The notes: a model not told the origin generated them from the letters alone. DNA of 64,000 bases from Candidatus Levyibacteriota bacterium (GCA_003173895.1 PJMG01000005.1:18275-82274); one strand, 5' to 3'. Positions 1 through 10,216 are shown, counted from the first letter of the stretch. Made by a program: numbers and translations.

Positions 1-58
1 GTTACATTTGTCAAGGGGTTGCTTGAGTTTTTGATGTTGATTTATTATCATATAACTA

Positions 59-1012
59 ATGCCAGAAAATGAAGTAAAATTTTCAACTGATATTAAGAGC
101 TTTCCTAATAGCAATACTAATATAGAAGATCCACTTTTAGACTTTCTGGACTTCTTGCCCCATAAAGGATCTCTTAAATCACTTGAAGATATATTTGAGG
201 CAATTGGAAGAGGAGAAATATCTATAGCAATTTTGTCTATAGATCATCCGGATCTAAGTCAATTTAACGAAGCTACTTATCTACTCGCATCTTCTGATAA
301 AACCATCTCTGTTACGTCAGAAAGCAGTTTTAATGCAGCTAAAATAACAATCCGGCCAGTAGATTTTACATTTGTTTCTGGCGATGATGAAACAGAAAGT
401 GGTAGTAGAAGACAAGAAAAAAAACCAGCTTTAGAGTTTTCTGTAGTAAAGATAAAGGTAAACGACGATAGTAGTATAGAAACTACAGAATTACCCTATC
501 CCAAAATATCTATTACTTATCAATTAGATGTGACTAAACCAGATCTTACAGATGTCTTTCATGTACATATTAGTGAACCAGATGGATTATCTACTATTAC
601 TATTAATGATAACGAGAATAAAGATGAAATAACTCAAGTACATAAAATAAGAAGTTATGCAGCTAATATCATTTATAATTCTCAAAAATCTGTATCAGAG
701 ACAGAGAAAAAAGTAGAGTTAACAGAAGACATAGCTAAAGATTTCCTAAAAACTCCTTTAAATCCAGATTTAAGTCCTGATAAGAAGCAGGCAGCTAGAG
801 ACAAAATTAATAAAGAACTTAAATCTTTAACTAATAGGGAAAGAGATGTATTAAGATTAAGATTTGGTGTAGATGATGGTAAAATAAGAACACAATTAGA
901 AGTGGCGAAAGAATTAGGAATTTCTCGTGGACGTGTTAGGCAATTAGAAATGGTAGGATTGGCTAAAATACGTCATAAGTTACTTACAAAACAAAGATTA
1001 GAAAATAATTAG
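59..1012 (+). CDS. Orphan protein with C-terminal sigma-70 region 4 (RpoD-like HTH)
   Basis: C-terminus LTNRERDVLRLRFGVDDGKIRTQLEVAKELGISRGRVRQLE matches RpoD region 4; no recognisable region 2; N-terminal ~240 aa unassigned. Confidence 0.75.
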   Translation: MPENEVKFSTDIKSFPNSNTNIEDPLLDFLDFLPHKGSLKSLEDIFEAIGRGEISIAILSIDHPDLSQFNEATYLLASSDKTISVTSESSFNAAKITIRPVDFTFVSGDDETESGSRRQEKKPALEFSVVKIKVNDDSSIETTELPYPKISITYQLDVTKPDLTDVFHVHISEPDGLSTITINDNENKDEITQVHKIRSYAANIIYNSQKSVSETEKKVELTEDIAKDFLKTPLNPDLSPDKKQAARDKINKELKSLTNRERDVLRLRFGVDDGKIRTQLEVAKELGISRGRVRQLEMVGLAKIRHKLLTKQRLENN

Positions 1013-1437
1013 TCTTTAAATTTTACTCTCTTCTGGCAGTTTTTACATAATCCAAAGAATTCTAAAGTATGTCTTTTTATTAAAAAATCATGGTCACGAG
1101 CAATTTCCTTTTCAATTTTTGGCACCATAGTGTCTGGAATATCTTCGATAGCTCCGCAATTCTCGCAAATTAAATGATGATGATCGTCGCTACTGATCTC
1201 ATATCTAGCTTTTCCTTCTTGAAACTCCAATCGTCTTAAAATTCCATGTGCAGTAAGTGTATTTAAAATTCTAAAAATAGTAACACGATCCACGCCTAAT
1301 TTTTTCTGCATAATTTCTATTAGCGACTGTGCATCCACTGGTCTTTTCTCTATACTTATTGTTTCTAAGAGAAATTTTCTAGCGTCTGTAGCTTTTAAAT
1401 TATGATCAGAAAGCGTTTGTTGTATATCATTTTTCAT
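1009..1437 (-). CDS. Fur/Zur-family metal-responsive transcriptional repressor
   Basis: Winged helix (VDRVTIFRILNTL), HHHLICENCG motif and C-terminal CKNC. Confidence 0.93.
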   Translation of the reverse strand: MKNDIQQTLSDHNLKATDARKFLLETISIEKRPVDAQSLIEIMQKKLGVDRVTIFRILNTLTAHGILRRLEFQEGKARYEISSDDHHHLICENCGAIEDIPDTMVPKIEKEIARDHDFLIKRHTLEFFGLCKNCQKRVKFKD

Positions 1438-1443
1438 AAAAGG

Positions 1444-1452
1444 ATTATAGCA
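1444..1452 (-). promoter_or_regulatory. Extended -10 promoter (TGcTATAAT) of the fur-family gene, leaderless
   Basis: TGCTATAAT lies 6 nt before the ATG, with no Shine-Dalgarno. Confidence 0.6.
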
Positions 1453-1555
1453 TAAAGTTTATTTTTTTAGCTTAAAAGTGACAAAAGTTTCTGCCTATAA
1501 TTGCTAGTTAGGTTTGACAAAATGTTAGTAAACATATATGAATTAAGTAAGTATA

Positions 1556-2728
1556 ATGAGTTTATTTATTCCAGCTCTTAAAAATAAATTAGAGGATAAT
1601 TCTAACGCAGAATTTGATAAATATTATCAAACACTTTCTTTAATAGCTGAAAAAGCCAGAATCATTATGAATGGTAAATATAGCTCCGTGTTTAAAATGG
1701 TAAATGGGCAAGTAGAGAGAATTTATGCTTCATCTCCTATTTTATTTAAACTCAAGCCCCGACCTTCGGGTAATACCGCTTTAGCCTATAAAGAATTTAA
1801 ATCTTATCTATTAAATAAAAATCAACTTATAGAAATCCATCCAGAATTCGAAAATTTTCAAGCAGGATCAGATATATCCGTTCCTTTGTACTATAAAAAT
1901 GAAGTTTTCGGAGTTTTATCTATATTATCACATCCTGATAACTCGTACTCTACAAATGATCTGAATAAATTAGAAGCTTTTTCTAATATAGCCACACAGT
2001 TACTAAAAGATAATAAAGAATTATTAAAACTTAATCGTAATTTAAATTCTTATAATCTTTTTCTATCAATGACTGCTCATGAACTTAAAACTCCTCTTAC
2101 TATAGTCTCCATTTATTCTCAAATATTAGCTCAAAAAACAGATTCTCACAAATTAGAAAATAAAATTAAACCTAAATTATTATCTCAAGTAGAAAGATTA
2201 ACTAAATTAACTAATGAATTAATGCAAATAAATCAAATAAAATCAGGTAAGTTAAAATTTAATATTAATGAAAATAATATTAAAAATCTTATAGAAGAAG
2301 TTCTAACTAATTTTAAAAACGCCTATCCAAATTACATATATATATTTAGCCATAAACTCTTAAAAGAAGATGAAACTGTACTTATAGATAGAGATAAAAT
2401 AATTCAAGCGATAATTAATTTGCTAGCTAATGCAGTTAAATTTTCTCCTGAAAATTCTACTATTAAATTAAATTTATTTAGGAATAAATCTTTTGTACTG
2501 TTGGAGATAGTAGATCAAGGAGTAGGTATAGCTAAAAATAATTTAGCTAAAATTTTTACTCAATTTTATAAAGGAGAAAAAAATAAATATGAAGGATTGG
2601 GTTTAGGACTATACTTAGTAAAGTATGTTATGGAAGTGCATAAAGGTAAAATAACAGTTGAATCAAAGGCAAATAAAGGAACTACTATAACTCTTTATTT
2701 ACCTCTTCCCCATGATAGAAAAAGATAA
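1556..2728 (+). CDS. Cytoplasmic GAF-domain sensor histidine kinase
   Basis: GAF (ISVPLYYKNEVFGVL), H-box AHELKTPLT, N-box NLLANAVKFS, G1 DQGVGI, G2 GLGLGL. Confidence 0.92.
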   Translation: MSLFIPALKNKLEDNSNAEFDKYYQTLSLIAEKARIIMNGKYSSVFKMVNGQVERIYASSPILFKLKPRPSGNTALAYKEFKSYLLNKNQLIEIHPEFENFQAGSDISVPLYYKNEVFGVLSILSHPDNSYSTNDLNKLEAFSNIATQLLKDNKELLKLNRNLNSYNLFLSMTAHELKTPLTIVSIYSQILAQKTDSHKLENKIKPKLLSQVERLTKLTNELMQINQIKSGKLKFNINENNIKNLIEEVLTNFKNAYPNYIYIFSHKLLKEDETVLIDRDKIIQAIINLLANAVKFSPENSTIKLNLFRNKSFVLLEIVDQGVGIAKNNLAKIFTQFYKGEKNKYEGLGLGLYLVKYVMEVHKGKITVESKANKGTTITLYLPLPHDRKR

Positions 2729-3989
2729 TGAATTATATTCTCCTTCTCATTTAATAATAGCTCCAGAAAAACAAATATTACTTGATAGAATGGATAGTTT
2801 AAGGAAATTGCCAGAGTCATTTATTAGATTACACTTTCAACTCTTAGATTCTTTAAAAGACGTGGCTAATGGTTTTACTTCCTCATTCTTAAATGAAATA
2901 AAGCAAATATCTCAGAAAAAATTAAAACCAGAGGATATGAAAAAATATCTTTTTTTTAACGAAGGGTTACCAGGCTCTGGGAAAACATATTCTACTTCCC
3001 TACTCTTAGACTACTTCACTGAAATTCAAACTAATGTAAAAGAAAGATATAACATTAATATAAAAGTTACTCATTTGCATTGGGATTATGTAGAAAGAAG
3101 ATTAATTAAAAAAAGAATTCTGCCAAAAACTAATCGACCCTCTACTGCTGAGGAATTAATTATGGTTAATAACGAAATTATAAAAATGATCTTAGAACAA
3201 CTAAAAAAAAAGAAACCAACGATCATACTAATTGATGAACCTAATGGTACAGGACTTCCCCGAGGAAGTAGAAGAGAAAGACATGCTCGTGAATATCCTA
3301 TAGACATTTTACCTAATATTTTAAATACCAGAATGGAATTTAATCATGTAAATAGAAAAAAATTATGTATTGCAGCGTGTGGATATATAGCAGGTCCAAA
3401 TATGGAGATTTTTAATCGCTATCGAGATTTAATTAAATCTGTTAGAAATCTGAATCAAGCAAATGAGATAAATAGAATTTTTAAGAAGAAAATTTTTAAA
3501 AATAATTCAGACTGGGAAGAAGCCAAAAGTGGTGGAAATAAAAAAGTAATTGATAGAGCTGCATCAGCAGGGAAAATATATTTATTAGCTAATGATTTAA
3601 AAAATAAATTGTCTAAATTTATATTAACTATAATTACTACTAATAATTTTACAAAATTTAGTACGAAAAATTTCGCTTCTTCTCTTATGAAAGAACTAAA
3701 ATGGCTTGCTCAAAATGAAGAAAATGATTCTTACGAATTTAATTTACTAATTGATCAAATTTATCAAATATCAAAGAAGAAAGGATTAATTACATTCGAT
3801 TTTAATATGTTAAAAAGAGTATGTGAAAGAATAGCAAATGCTTTAGTTTTAGAAAAAAATATATTTGGTGAAGAATGGGAGGAAAAACCTGACTTCGCTA
3901 CGATTATTTATAATAATCCTTCCTTACCTAACTTAAGCAAAGAAGAGTTTTTAATTATAAAGAGATTAGAAAAAGAATTATCGAAGTGA
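2712..3989 (+). CDS. P-loop NTPase-like protein of unknown function, overlapping the kinase gene
   Basis: Walker A GLPGSGKT, Walker B-like IILIDE; 17-bp overlap with the upstream gene. Confidence 0.55.
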   Translation: MIEKDNELYSPSHLIIAPEKQILLDRMDSLRKLPESFIRLHFQLLDSLKDVANGFTSSFLNEIKQISQKKLKPEDMKKYLFFNEGLPGSGKTYSTSLLLDYFTEIQTNVKERYNINIKVTHLHWDYVERRLIKKRILPKTNRPSTAEELIMVNNEIIKMILEQLKKKKPTIILIDEPNGTGLPRGSRRERHAREYPIDILPNILNTRMEFNHVNRKKLCIAACGYIAGPNMEIFNRYRDLIKSVRNLNQANEINRIFKKKIFKNNSDWEEAKSGGNKKVIDRAASAGKIYLLANDLKNKLSKFILTIITTNNFTKFSTKNFASSLMKELKWLAQNEENDSYEFNLLIDQIYQISKKKGLITFDFNMLKRVCERIANALVLEKNIFGEEWEEKPDFATIIYNNPSLPNLSKEEFLIIKRLEKELSK

Positions 3990-4035
3990 CTAATTTGAAT
4001 ATCCTTAAAAACTTTTATATTATATTAAATAAAAG

Positions 4036-4740
4036 ATGAAATCTTTAAATGTAATTTTCACACTTTATTCTCTAACTGCACTGATTATAATTATTGAGAG
4101 ATTATCTACTACTACACGAATACTTTTACCTCCATATAATTTTATAAGACTTCATGAATTAAATCAGACAGTAATATTTTTATCTATAACAGTTATTTTA
4201 TCTTTTTTTATTCTAAAACTTGTAACCAATAATTTTGAGGCGCTAAAGCAAAAAAGTGGTTTTTGGCTGACTTTATTATTTATTGTCGGAACTTATCTTT
4301 ATGGAGCAGGAGAAGGTTGGCATGAAGTAGCCAGTTTTACTTTAAACCAATATTGTAATCTAAATCATTTAGCAGATAATTTGTGTAATGGTCTTTTTAT
4401 TAATGATTATTACACTGGAAATATTATATTTTTCATTGGTGGAGTTTTAATGAATACTACCTTAATGATATTGTCCTTAAAAAAGCCGGTCAAGAATTTT
4501 AATAATAAAGATATGAATATTTTACTTCTTAATAGTGTCGTTTATGCTTTTACATGGTTTGCTTATGCGGCATTTGATAAAGTGCTAATTGGTTTAATTT
4601 TTTCAGCTACTTTAACATTAATTTCTGGATATTTGTTTCTTAAAATTAAAAATAAGTTTAGAGAATATCCATATATAACTTATAGTGCAATTGCTTACCT
4701 TTTAGCTACGCTAACCACTTTGATAATTAAATTAGTTTAA
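4036..4740 (+). CDS. Multi-pass membrane protein, unknown function
   Basis: About 7 hydrophobic segments. Confidence 0.7.
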   Translation: MKSLNVIFTLYSLTALIIIIERLSTTTRILLPPYNFIRLHELNQTVIFLSITVILSFFILKLVTNNFEALKQKSGFWLTLLFIVGTYLYGAGEGWHEVASFTLNQYCNLNHLADNLCNGLFINDYYTGNIIFFIGGVLMNTTLMILSLKKPVKNFNNKDMNILLLNSVVYAFTWFAYAAFDKVLIGLIFSATLTLISGYLFLKIKNKFREYPYITYSAIAYLLATLTTLIIKLV

Positions 4741-4755
4741 TTATCTGTTCATTCT

Positions 4756-5427
4756 TTACAAAGCTTGTAATTGTGATAGTGCCCGTTTCATTCCTCGAGG
4801 ACACGGATCAGTATCATTACCTGTGTCTCGATGGGGATATGTAGCTTTCTTTTCATCTTCAGCCGGTCGTACTGGTAAGAGAATAGGATACCCTTCAGAT
4901 AGTTGTATAAGTCCTAGTAATTGTTGATTTGTAGAGTCAATTATTATTTTTTGTCCGGATGCTGTTGCTAAAATAGTGTTAGATAACTCATCCACCATTC
5001 TTTGACGATGCCAATTTGCAGAATCTGGTGTATAATTTCCATCTGTACCTGTACTGAGTCTGGCTAAAAGATTAGTTTGTTCTACAGATAAATTATGCTT
5101 TCTTGAAGTTTGACTTAAATTTCTTAACCAGCTTATAGATAACATTTCTGCTGCATCTTTACCGGAATCCACTTGTTTAGCACTTATTACTAGTCTATCC
5201 GGAATAGCTATCCAACTTCTTATTAATCTTTGTCTGACTGTATTATTATTTATAATTGCTAATGCTAACCTATCAATTCCTACCTTAAAAAAATTATCTA
5301 TTACTCCTCCCGTTTCAATAAGTCCTCCTCCACCATATTCCGCTTTTCTGACATGATCAATAAAATTTAAATTAGTTTTCCAGTTTGCGGCATCCTGAGG
5401 AGTTAAATTAGTAGAGATTTCTCTCAT
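4756..5427 (-). CDS. Hypothetical protein
   Basis: 223-aa ORF with a TTGACA-N17-CATACT promoter upstream. Confidence 0.65.
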   Translation of the reverse strand: MREISTNLTPQDAANWKTNLNFIDHVRKAEYGGGGLIETGGVIDNFFKVGIDRLALAIINNNTVRQRLIRSWIAIPDRLVISAKQVDSGKDAAEMLSISWLRNLSQTSRKHNLSVEQTNLLARLSTGTDGNYTPDSANWHRQRMVDELSNTILATASGQKIIIDSTNQQLLGLIQLSEGYPILLPVRPAEDEKKATYPHRDTGNDTDPCPRGMKRALSQLQAL

Positions 5428-5439
5428 ATAATTTATTTT

Positions 5440-5468
5440 AGTATGTGTAATTTAATTACACTTGTCAA
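5440..5468 (-). promoter_or_regulatory. Sigma-70 promoter with a palindromic operator-like site in the spacer
   Basis: TTGACA (5463-5468), 17 nt, CATACT (5440-5445); perfect 8-1-8 palindrome GTGTAATT-T-AATTACAC at 5445-5461. Confidence 0.55.
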
Positions 5469-5492
5469 GCGAAGTGAACATAATATATAAGA

Positions 5493-6539
5493 TTAATTAG
5501 TAGGTTCGTTTTTGGGTGGTATAAAATAATTCCAAAAATTTTCTATCATAACTTTTATTATATTTTGTTTTCCTATAGCTATTTGTTCTGATGTCATATC
5601 TTCAATATTTAAATTACCTCTCTTTAATACATTCATAAAAATTTTATTTGCATCTGTTGGTATTATAGTTCTCATTAATTGTTCTCTGAGATAAACAAAA
5701 TCTGTTTTTATCCTTTCTAATCCTAATGCAATTAATTCACGTTGATTTAAGTTAACTCTACCAGTTTTTTCTGCAGCTCTTTTTCCTGCTTCTTCCAATG
5801 CCGATGGATTAGCGGTAATTAATTCCAACTTCCCTATTTGATAATTAGTAAGATCATGCTTTTCTTGTAGAATAGTTTTTCCAAATTCATTAAGTTGACT
5901 GAATCCTGCATCCTTTGCTAAGAAAAATAAATCATAGTCATCTATTCCGAAAATAACACCAAATAATTTTTTAGTTATTTCAGTAGGCATTTTCATTTGT
6001 GAATATTTTCTAGGATCAAAAGAACCTAAATCCGGAGCATTAGTAGCATTTAAGTGTTGGGTATGTGTAGCTATAACTTGATCAAAAAATTCTTGGGGAG
6101 ACAAAGAATAATCTAAAACAGCAGAAGAATTTACAGTTTCTACTCTCGGATCTTTTATCGCTTTCGCCACAGCGGCTACCATAAGAACTGTCCTAGCCAT
6201 ATCTGCAGCAGCTTTATTAATAAAGTTTTCATCCGGTTCTGAATAAAAGTCAGTAGGATGATTTTGAACTAATTCAAGATATAATTTGTTATCTTCTAAT
6301 TTAAATTCTAGACGTGTTAAAGGTAAATTTGGATCATCGATAAAAGTAATGCCCAGATTATCTGAGTCAGTAATAAAAATACGTTTAGCAATATTCGCAG
6401 ATTGCTCCACCGCTTGGATAGGGGAATGGGTTAGAATATCTAAAGTTTTGTCAACTGTGTTTAAAAAATTATTTCTTCTTTGTTCTGCATTTACTTGAGC
6501 TTCTGCATATGAAAAATCATGTTGTTCTTCAGGTGTCAT
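5493..6539 (-). CDS. Hypothetical protein (N-terminus MTPEEQ)
   Basis: 348-aa ORF, no motif recognised. Confidence 0.7.
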   Translation of the reverse strand: MTPEEQHDFSYAEAQVNAEQRRNNFLNTVDKTLDILTHSPIQAVEQSANIAKRIFITDSDNLGITFIDDPNLPLTRLEFKLEDNKLYLELVQNHPTDFYSEPDENFINKAAADMARTVLMVAAVAKAIKDPRVETVNSSAVLDYSLSPQEFFDQVIATHTQHLNATNAPDLGSFDPRKYSQMKMPTEITKKLFGVIFGIDDYDLFFLAKDAGFSQLNEFGKTILQEKHDLTNYQIGKLELITANPSALEEAGKRAAEKTGRVNLNQRELIALGLERIKTDFVYLREQLMRTIIPTDANKIFMNVLKRGNLNIEDMTSEQIAIGKQNIIKVMIENFWNYFIPPKNEPTN

Positions 6540-6564
6540 AAAAATATCATAACAAATTTTGAAT

Positions 6565-7194
6565 TTAATTTTCCTCTTCAGGTTCTGCTAGATTATAATC
6601 TTTAAGTAAAACTCTTAAACGTTTGATATCCATTTCCATAATTGGGTCATAATCCATTTTTAATCTGTTATCTAAAAATTTTAAAAGAGGTTCATCATAA
6701 TATTCATCATATGAATTTACCCAGTCTCTTATAATTTGTCTTCCTACTTGGGCTTCTTCTACAGCATTATTACTTTCACCAGCTTCCAGTTGAAATCTAT
6801 CCATAAGTAACCCAGTTTCTACTAAAATAATTCCTGCTTCAAAACCAGAAGCTCCGTCTTTATCAAAAATACCTAATTCGCCCTCAGATTCTATACCAAA
6901 ATATTCATCAGCTGTTTCATAGAAATTGGTTTTACCAATATACTCATCATTCTCATTAAACATTTCTTTTAAGAGTCTAGCCTTATAATAAGGAGTAGCA
7001 GCTGTTTGATCTACTAAAAATTTTAGTTCTAATAATAAATTTTTTCTTTGAGTAATAAGCTCTACCGGTGAAAAATTTAATCTTCCCATAGTCCATGGAT
7101 CATCTACATTTAATTCAACCAGTCTTTTAAATATTTCGAACACTCTGGAAGCATTAGCTTCTGGTGTAGGGGATGAATTTTCAGGTGTTGGCAT
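6565..7194 (-). CDS. Hypothetical acidic protein (N-terminus MPTPEN)
   Basis: 209-aa ORF. Confidence 0.7.
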   Translation of the reverse strand: MPTPENSSPTPEANASRVFEIFKRLVELNVDDPWTMGRLNFSPVELITQRKNLLLELKFLVDQTAATPYYKARLLKEMFNENDEYIGKTNFYETADEYFGIESEGELGIFDKDGASGFEAGIILVETGLLMDRFQLEAGESNNAVEEAQVGRQIIRDWVNSYDEYYDEPLLKFLDNRLKMDYDPIMEMDIKRLRVLLKDYNLAEPEEEN

Positions 7195-7271
7195 ATCAGC
7201 AACAATATAACAAAAGAAACCTATAATAGCAAGAGGTTTTTTATGTTGATTTTTTAAGCTATAATCATTTA

Positions 7272-8441
7272 ATGAAAGCTAAATTCATTTTCTTTTTCAG
7301 CTTTATAGTTTTAGCATTTTTAAGTTTAATTTTACCCAAATTTACGTTTGCTCAGGTAGATCAGTCCTCTTCTCCACCTCCAGATATAAAACAAACTTTT
7401 GCTAAAGGAGTAGTGATAAGTTTATCCAATGGGTCTCAAAAAACATTTGAAAATAACATAAGTTATGTTTTACAAATGGCTAAGGTAAAAATTACAGAAG
7501 GAGTGGAAAATGGAAAAGTAGTTCAGATAACTTATGATCCACAAAACATTCCAGATTTAAAATTGCACTTAGGAGATCAAGTTATCGTTACTCGCGAAGT
7601 GCAGAATGGAAAACAAGTAAATTATTATATCAATGATAAATATAGACTTCCCTATCTCGAAATAGCCATTATAGCTTTTTTAATACTCGCTGTTTTAGTA
7701 GTGGGTAAAAAGGGACTGGGAGGATTAATAGGCTTTTTATTTAGTATTTTTATAATTTTTATTTATATTGTTCCTCAAATTTTAAAAGGTGCAGATCCAC
7801 TAACTATTTGTTTTATAGGTTCTATAATTATCCTATTTATTTCTACTTATATAGCTCATGGAATTTCTTATAAAACGACTATTGCTGTAATATCTACATT
7901 AATTTCTCTCTCTTTAACCTATTTTATTTCTAAATTTTTAGTTAATTCGGCTATAGTTACAGGATATGGTAATTCGGACGCAGCAGATTTAAGATTTAGC
8001 ACTTCGACTGTCATAGATTTAAAAAGTTTATTACTCGGTGGAATTATGATAGGAACTTTAGGAGCATTAAATGATATTACTACTACTCAAGCAGCGACTA
8101 TAAAAGAAATTTTTGATTTGCATAAAGAAATTACATTTAAGCATTTGTTTATTAAAAGTTTAAATGTGGGTCGTGAACATGCAGTATCTATTATTAATAC
8201 TATTATTTTAGCTTATGCTGGGGTATCTTTAGCAGTTTTTATATTTTTTATGTATAACCCACAACACTGGCCTTATTGGGTAATTTTAAATAGCGAGAAT
8301 GTAGCTGAGGAATTAATAAAAACTTTAGCAGGAACTTTCGGTTTGTTATTAGCAGTTCCATTAGTTACTCTACTTGGTTCCTTATTTTATGCTAAAGATG
8401 TTAGAGAAGGTATGAAAAAAGTAGTTTATAAACTTAGATGA
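7272..8441 (+). CDS. YibE/F-family membrane protein
   Basis: Signal peptide, extracellular beta domain, then multi-TM region with GALNDITTTQ, NVGREH and NTIILAYAG motifs. Confidence 0.85.
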   Translation: MKAKFIFFFSFIVLAFLSLILPKFTFAQVDQSSSPPPDIKQTFAKGVVISLSNGSQKTFENNISYVLQMAKVKITEGVENGKVVQITYDPQNIPDLKLHLGDQVIVTREVQNGKQVNYYINDKYRLPYLEIAIIAFLILAVLVVGKKGLGGLIGFLFSIFIIFIYIVPQILKGADPLTICFIGSIIILFISTYIAHGISYKTTIAVISTLISLSLTYFISKFLVNSAIVTGYGNSDAADLRFSTSTVIDLKSLLLGGIMIGTLGALNDITTTQAATIKEIFDLHKEITFKHLFIKSLNVGREHAVSIINTIILAYAGVSLAVFIFFMYNPQHWPYWVILNSENVAEELIKTLAGTFGLLLAVPLVTLLGSLFYAKDVREGMKKVVYKLR

Positions 8442-8442
8442 A

Positions 8443-8928
8443 TTACTGCCTAAGAGCTACAATAACGTCTTGTTTTTTACCATTTATTAATTTCTTACCT
8501 TCTACAAGTAAAAAGCTATTTCTCCTAGCTGATACAAAATCTCTACCCTTATCTAAATCTTCATAAACAGCAGCTCCCTTTTGACGTAATTTTACTTCTG
8601 CATACCATGTCAATGGACGTGTAGGATCCCAAAATTCTGTCATCGTTGGAGGTAAAAGTAACTCTTCTATTTGACCATTATCTGGATTTTTTCCTTTCAC
8701 ATTAAGTGAGCCACTAGGTGAGATAATAGAACCATCTTTTTGAAAAATAGTGACAATTTGTGCACTAGTAAGACTATCTAAGAATAAAACTAAATTATCA
8801 CCTATATTAATATACCCTCCCTCAACTCTTCTAATAATATCAGCAATTGTAGGTACTGTTTCTTTTTGTGCTACAGTTCCTTCAAAATAAGTAACTTCTT
8901 TTTTTAAGGGTGGTCCTTCCTGTGGCAT
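8443..8928 (-). CDS. Hypothetical protein (probable start MPQEGPP at 8928)
   Basis: ORF track gives 8952; TATAAT-like box just upstream of the 8928 ATG. Confidence 0.6.
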   Translation of the reverse strand: MPQEGPPLKKEVTYFEGTVAQKETVPTIADIIRRVEGGYINIGDNLVLFLDSLTSAQIVTIFQKDGSIISPSGSLNVKGKNPDNGQIEELLLPPTMTEFWDPTRPLTWYAEVKLRQKGAAVYEDLDKGRDFVSARRNSFLLVEGKKLINGKKQDVIVALRQ

Positions 8929-8988
8929 AATATAATAAATATTATACACCATAATATCAATAAGTGTTAATATAAAAACATACTAATG

Positions 8989-9008
8989 CTTTTCAGATAC
9001 TTTTCAGA
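8989..9008 (+). promoter_or_regulatory. Tandem direct repeat CTTTTCAGA x2 (11-bp period), possible OmpR/PhoB-family binding site
   Basis: CTTTTCAGA-TA-CTTTTCAGA near the -35 position of the flavinylation operon. Confidence 0.45.
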
Positions 9009-9029
9009 GTGTTCACATAAGCTTAAAAA

Positions 9030-9491
9030 ATGAAGAAATTTATTCCTATAACCTTACTTGCCATTGTTTTTTTTGCGTTGGTTTGGATACGATCTTTTAA
9101 AAATAATGATGAAAATGTTACTGTAGGTAATTCCAACCAAACAAATTTAACTAGTACTCCGACTCCATCTTCTTCCGGTGGAAATAGCACTCCAACCTCT
9201 TCATTTGCTAAATATAAAGATGGGACATATACTGGTCAGGTAGCAGATGCATTTTATGGAAATCTACAAGTCCAAGCCACTATCTCTGGAGGTAAAATTA
9301 CTGATGTACAATTTTTACAGTATCCAAATGATAATGGAACTACGCTAGAAGTTAATAAGCAAGCAATGCCTATTTTAAAACAAGAAGCCATTACGAAACA
9401 AGCAGCCAATGTAGATATCGTAACTGGTGCATCTCAATCTAGCCAAGCTTTCCAACAGTCACTTCAATCTGCTTTGAATCAAGCAATGTAA
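9030..9491 (+). CDS. Membrane-anchored extracellular FMN-binding (flavinylated) protein
   Basis: N-terminal TM, Ser/Thr linker, YKDGTYTG start, flavinylation motif DIVTGAS. Confidence 0.9.
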   Translation: MKKFIPITLLAIVFFALVWIRSFKNNDENVTVGNSNQTNLTSTPTPSSSGGNSTPTSSFAKYKDGTYTGQVADAFYGNLQVQATISGGKITDVQFLQYPNDNGTTLEVNKQAMPILKQEAITKQAANVDIVTGASQSSQAFQQSLQSALNQAM

Positions 9492-9493
9492 AA

Positions 9494-10216
9494 ATGAAAA
9501 TATCTAAAACTATCATGGGTATGCCTTCTACGATTGAAGTTGTAGATCAAAATGCAGAAGAAAAAGATATCCAAAAAGTTTTTAATTATTTTCTAAAAAT
9601 TGATAATCGGTTCAGTACTTATAAAACTGATAGTGAAATTTCTAAAATAAATCGAGGAGAGATTGATTCTAAAAATTATAGTCACGAAATGAAAAAAATT
9701 TTAAAACTTTGTGAGGAAACTAAAAAAGAGACCAATGGATATTTTGATATTAAAATAAACGGAAAATTTGATCCTTCAGGATTAGTAAAGGGATACACAA
9801 TCTTTAATGGAGCAAATTTACTAACCAAATTAGGATATAAAAATTTTTATGTAGAAATAGCTGGAGATATTGAAATAAGAAGTAATAAAAAATGGAAAAT
9901 AGGAATAAAAAATCCTTTTAACACCAGAGAAATTGTTAAAGTTTTAAATTTGACTAATGGTGGTGTTGCTACCTCAGGAAATTACGAAAGGGGAAAACAT
10001 ATTTTAAACCCAATTGAGAAAAATTTAGCAAATGAGATTGCCTCAATAACTATAATTGGCCCAAATGTTTATGAAGCTGATAGAATGGTTACTGCTGCAT
10101 TTGCGATGGGCGAAAAAGGAGTTAATTTTATCGCACATCTTTCCAGTTTTGAATGTTATATGATTAAGAAAGATAAGACAGCAGTTTATACTCCCGGGTT
10201 TGAAAAATATTTATGA
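9494..10216 (+). CDS. apbE: FAD:protein FMN transferase (ApbE family, short form)
   Basis: MG-start, RFSTYKTDSEISKIN, DPSGLVKGY, AGDI, ATSGNYERGKHI, AD motif. Confidence 0.9.
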   Translation: MKISKTIMGMPSTIEVVDQNAEEKDIQKVFNYFLKIDNRFSTYKTDSEISKINRGEIDSKNYSHEMKKILKLCEETKKETNGYFDIKINGKFDPSGLVKGYTIFNGANLLTKLGYKNFYVEIAGDIEIRSNKKWKIGIKNPFNTREIVKVLNLTNGGVATSGNYERGKHILNPIEKNLANEIASITIIGPNVYEADRMVTAAFAMGEKGVNFIAHLSSFECYMIKKDKTAVYTPGFEKYL

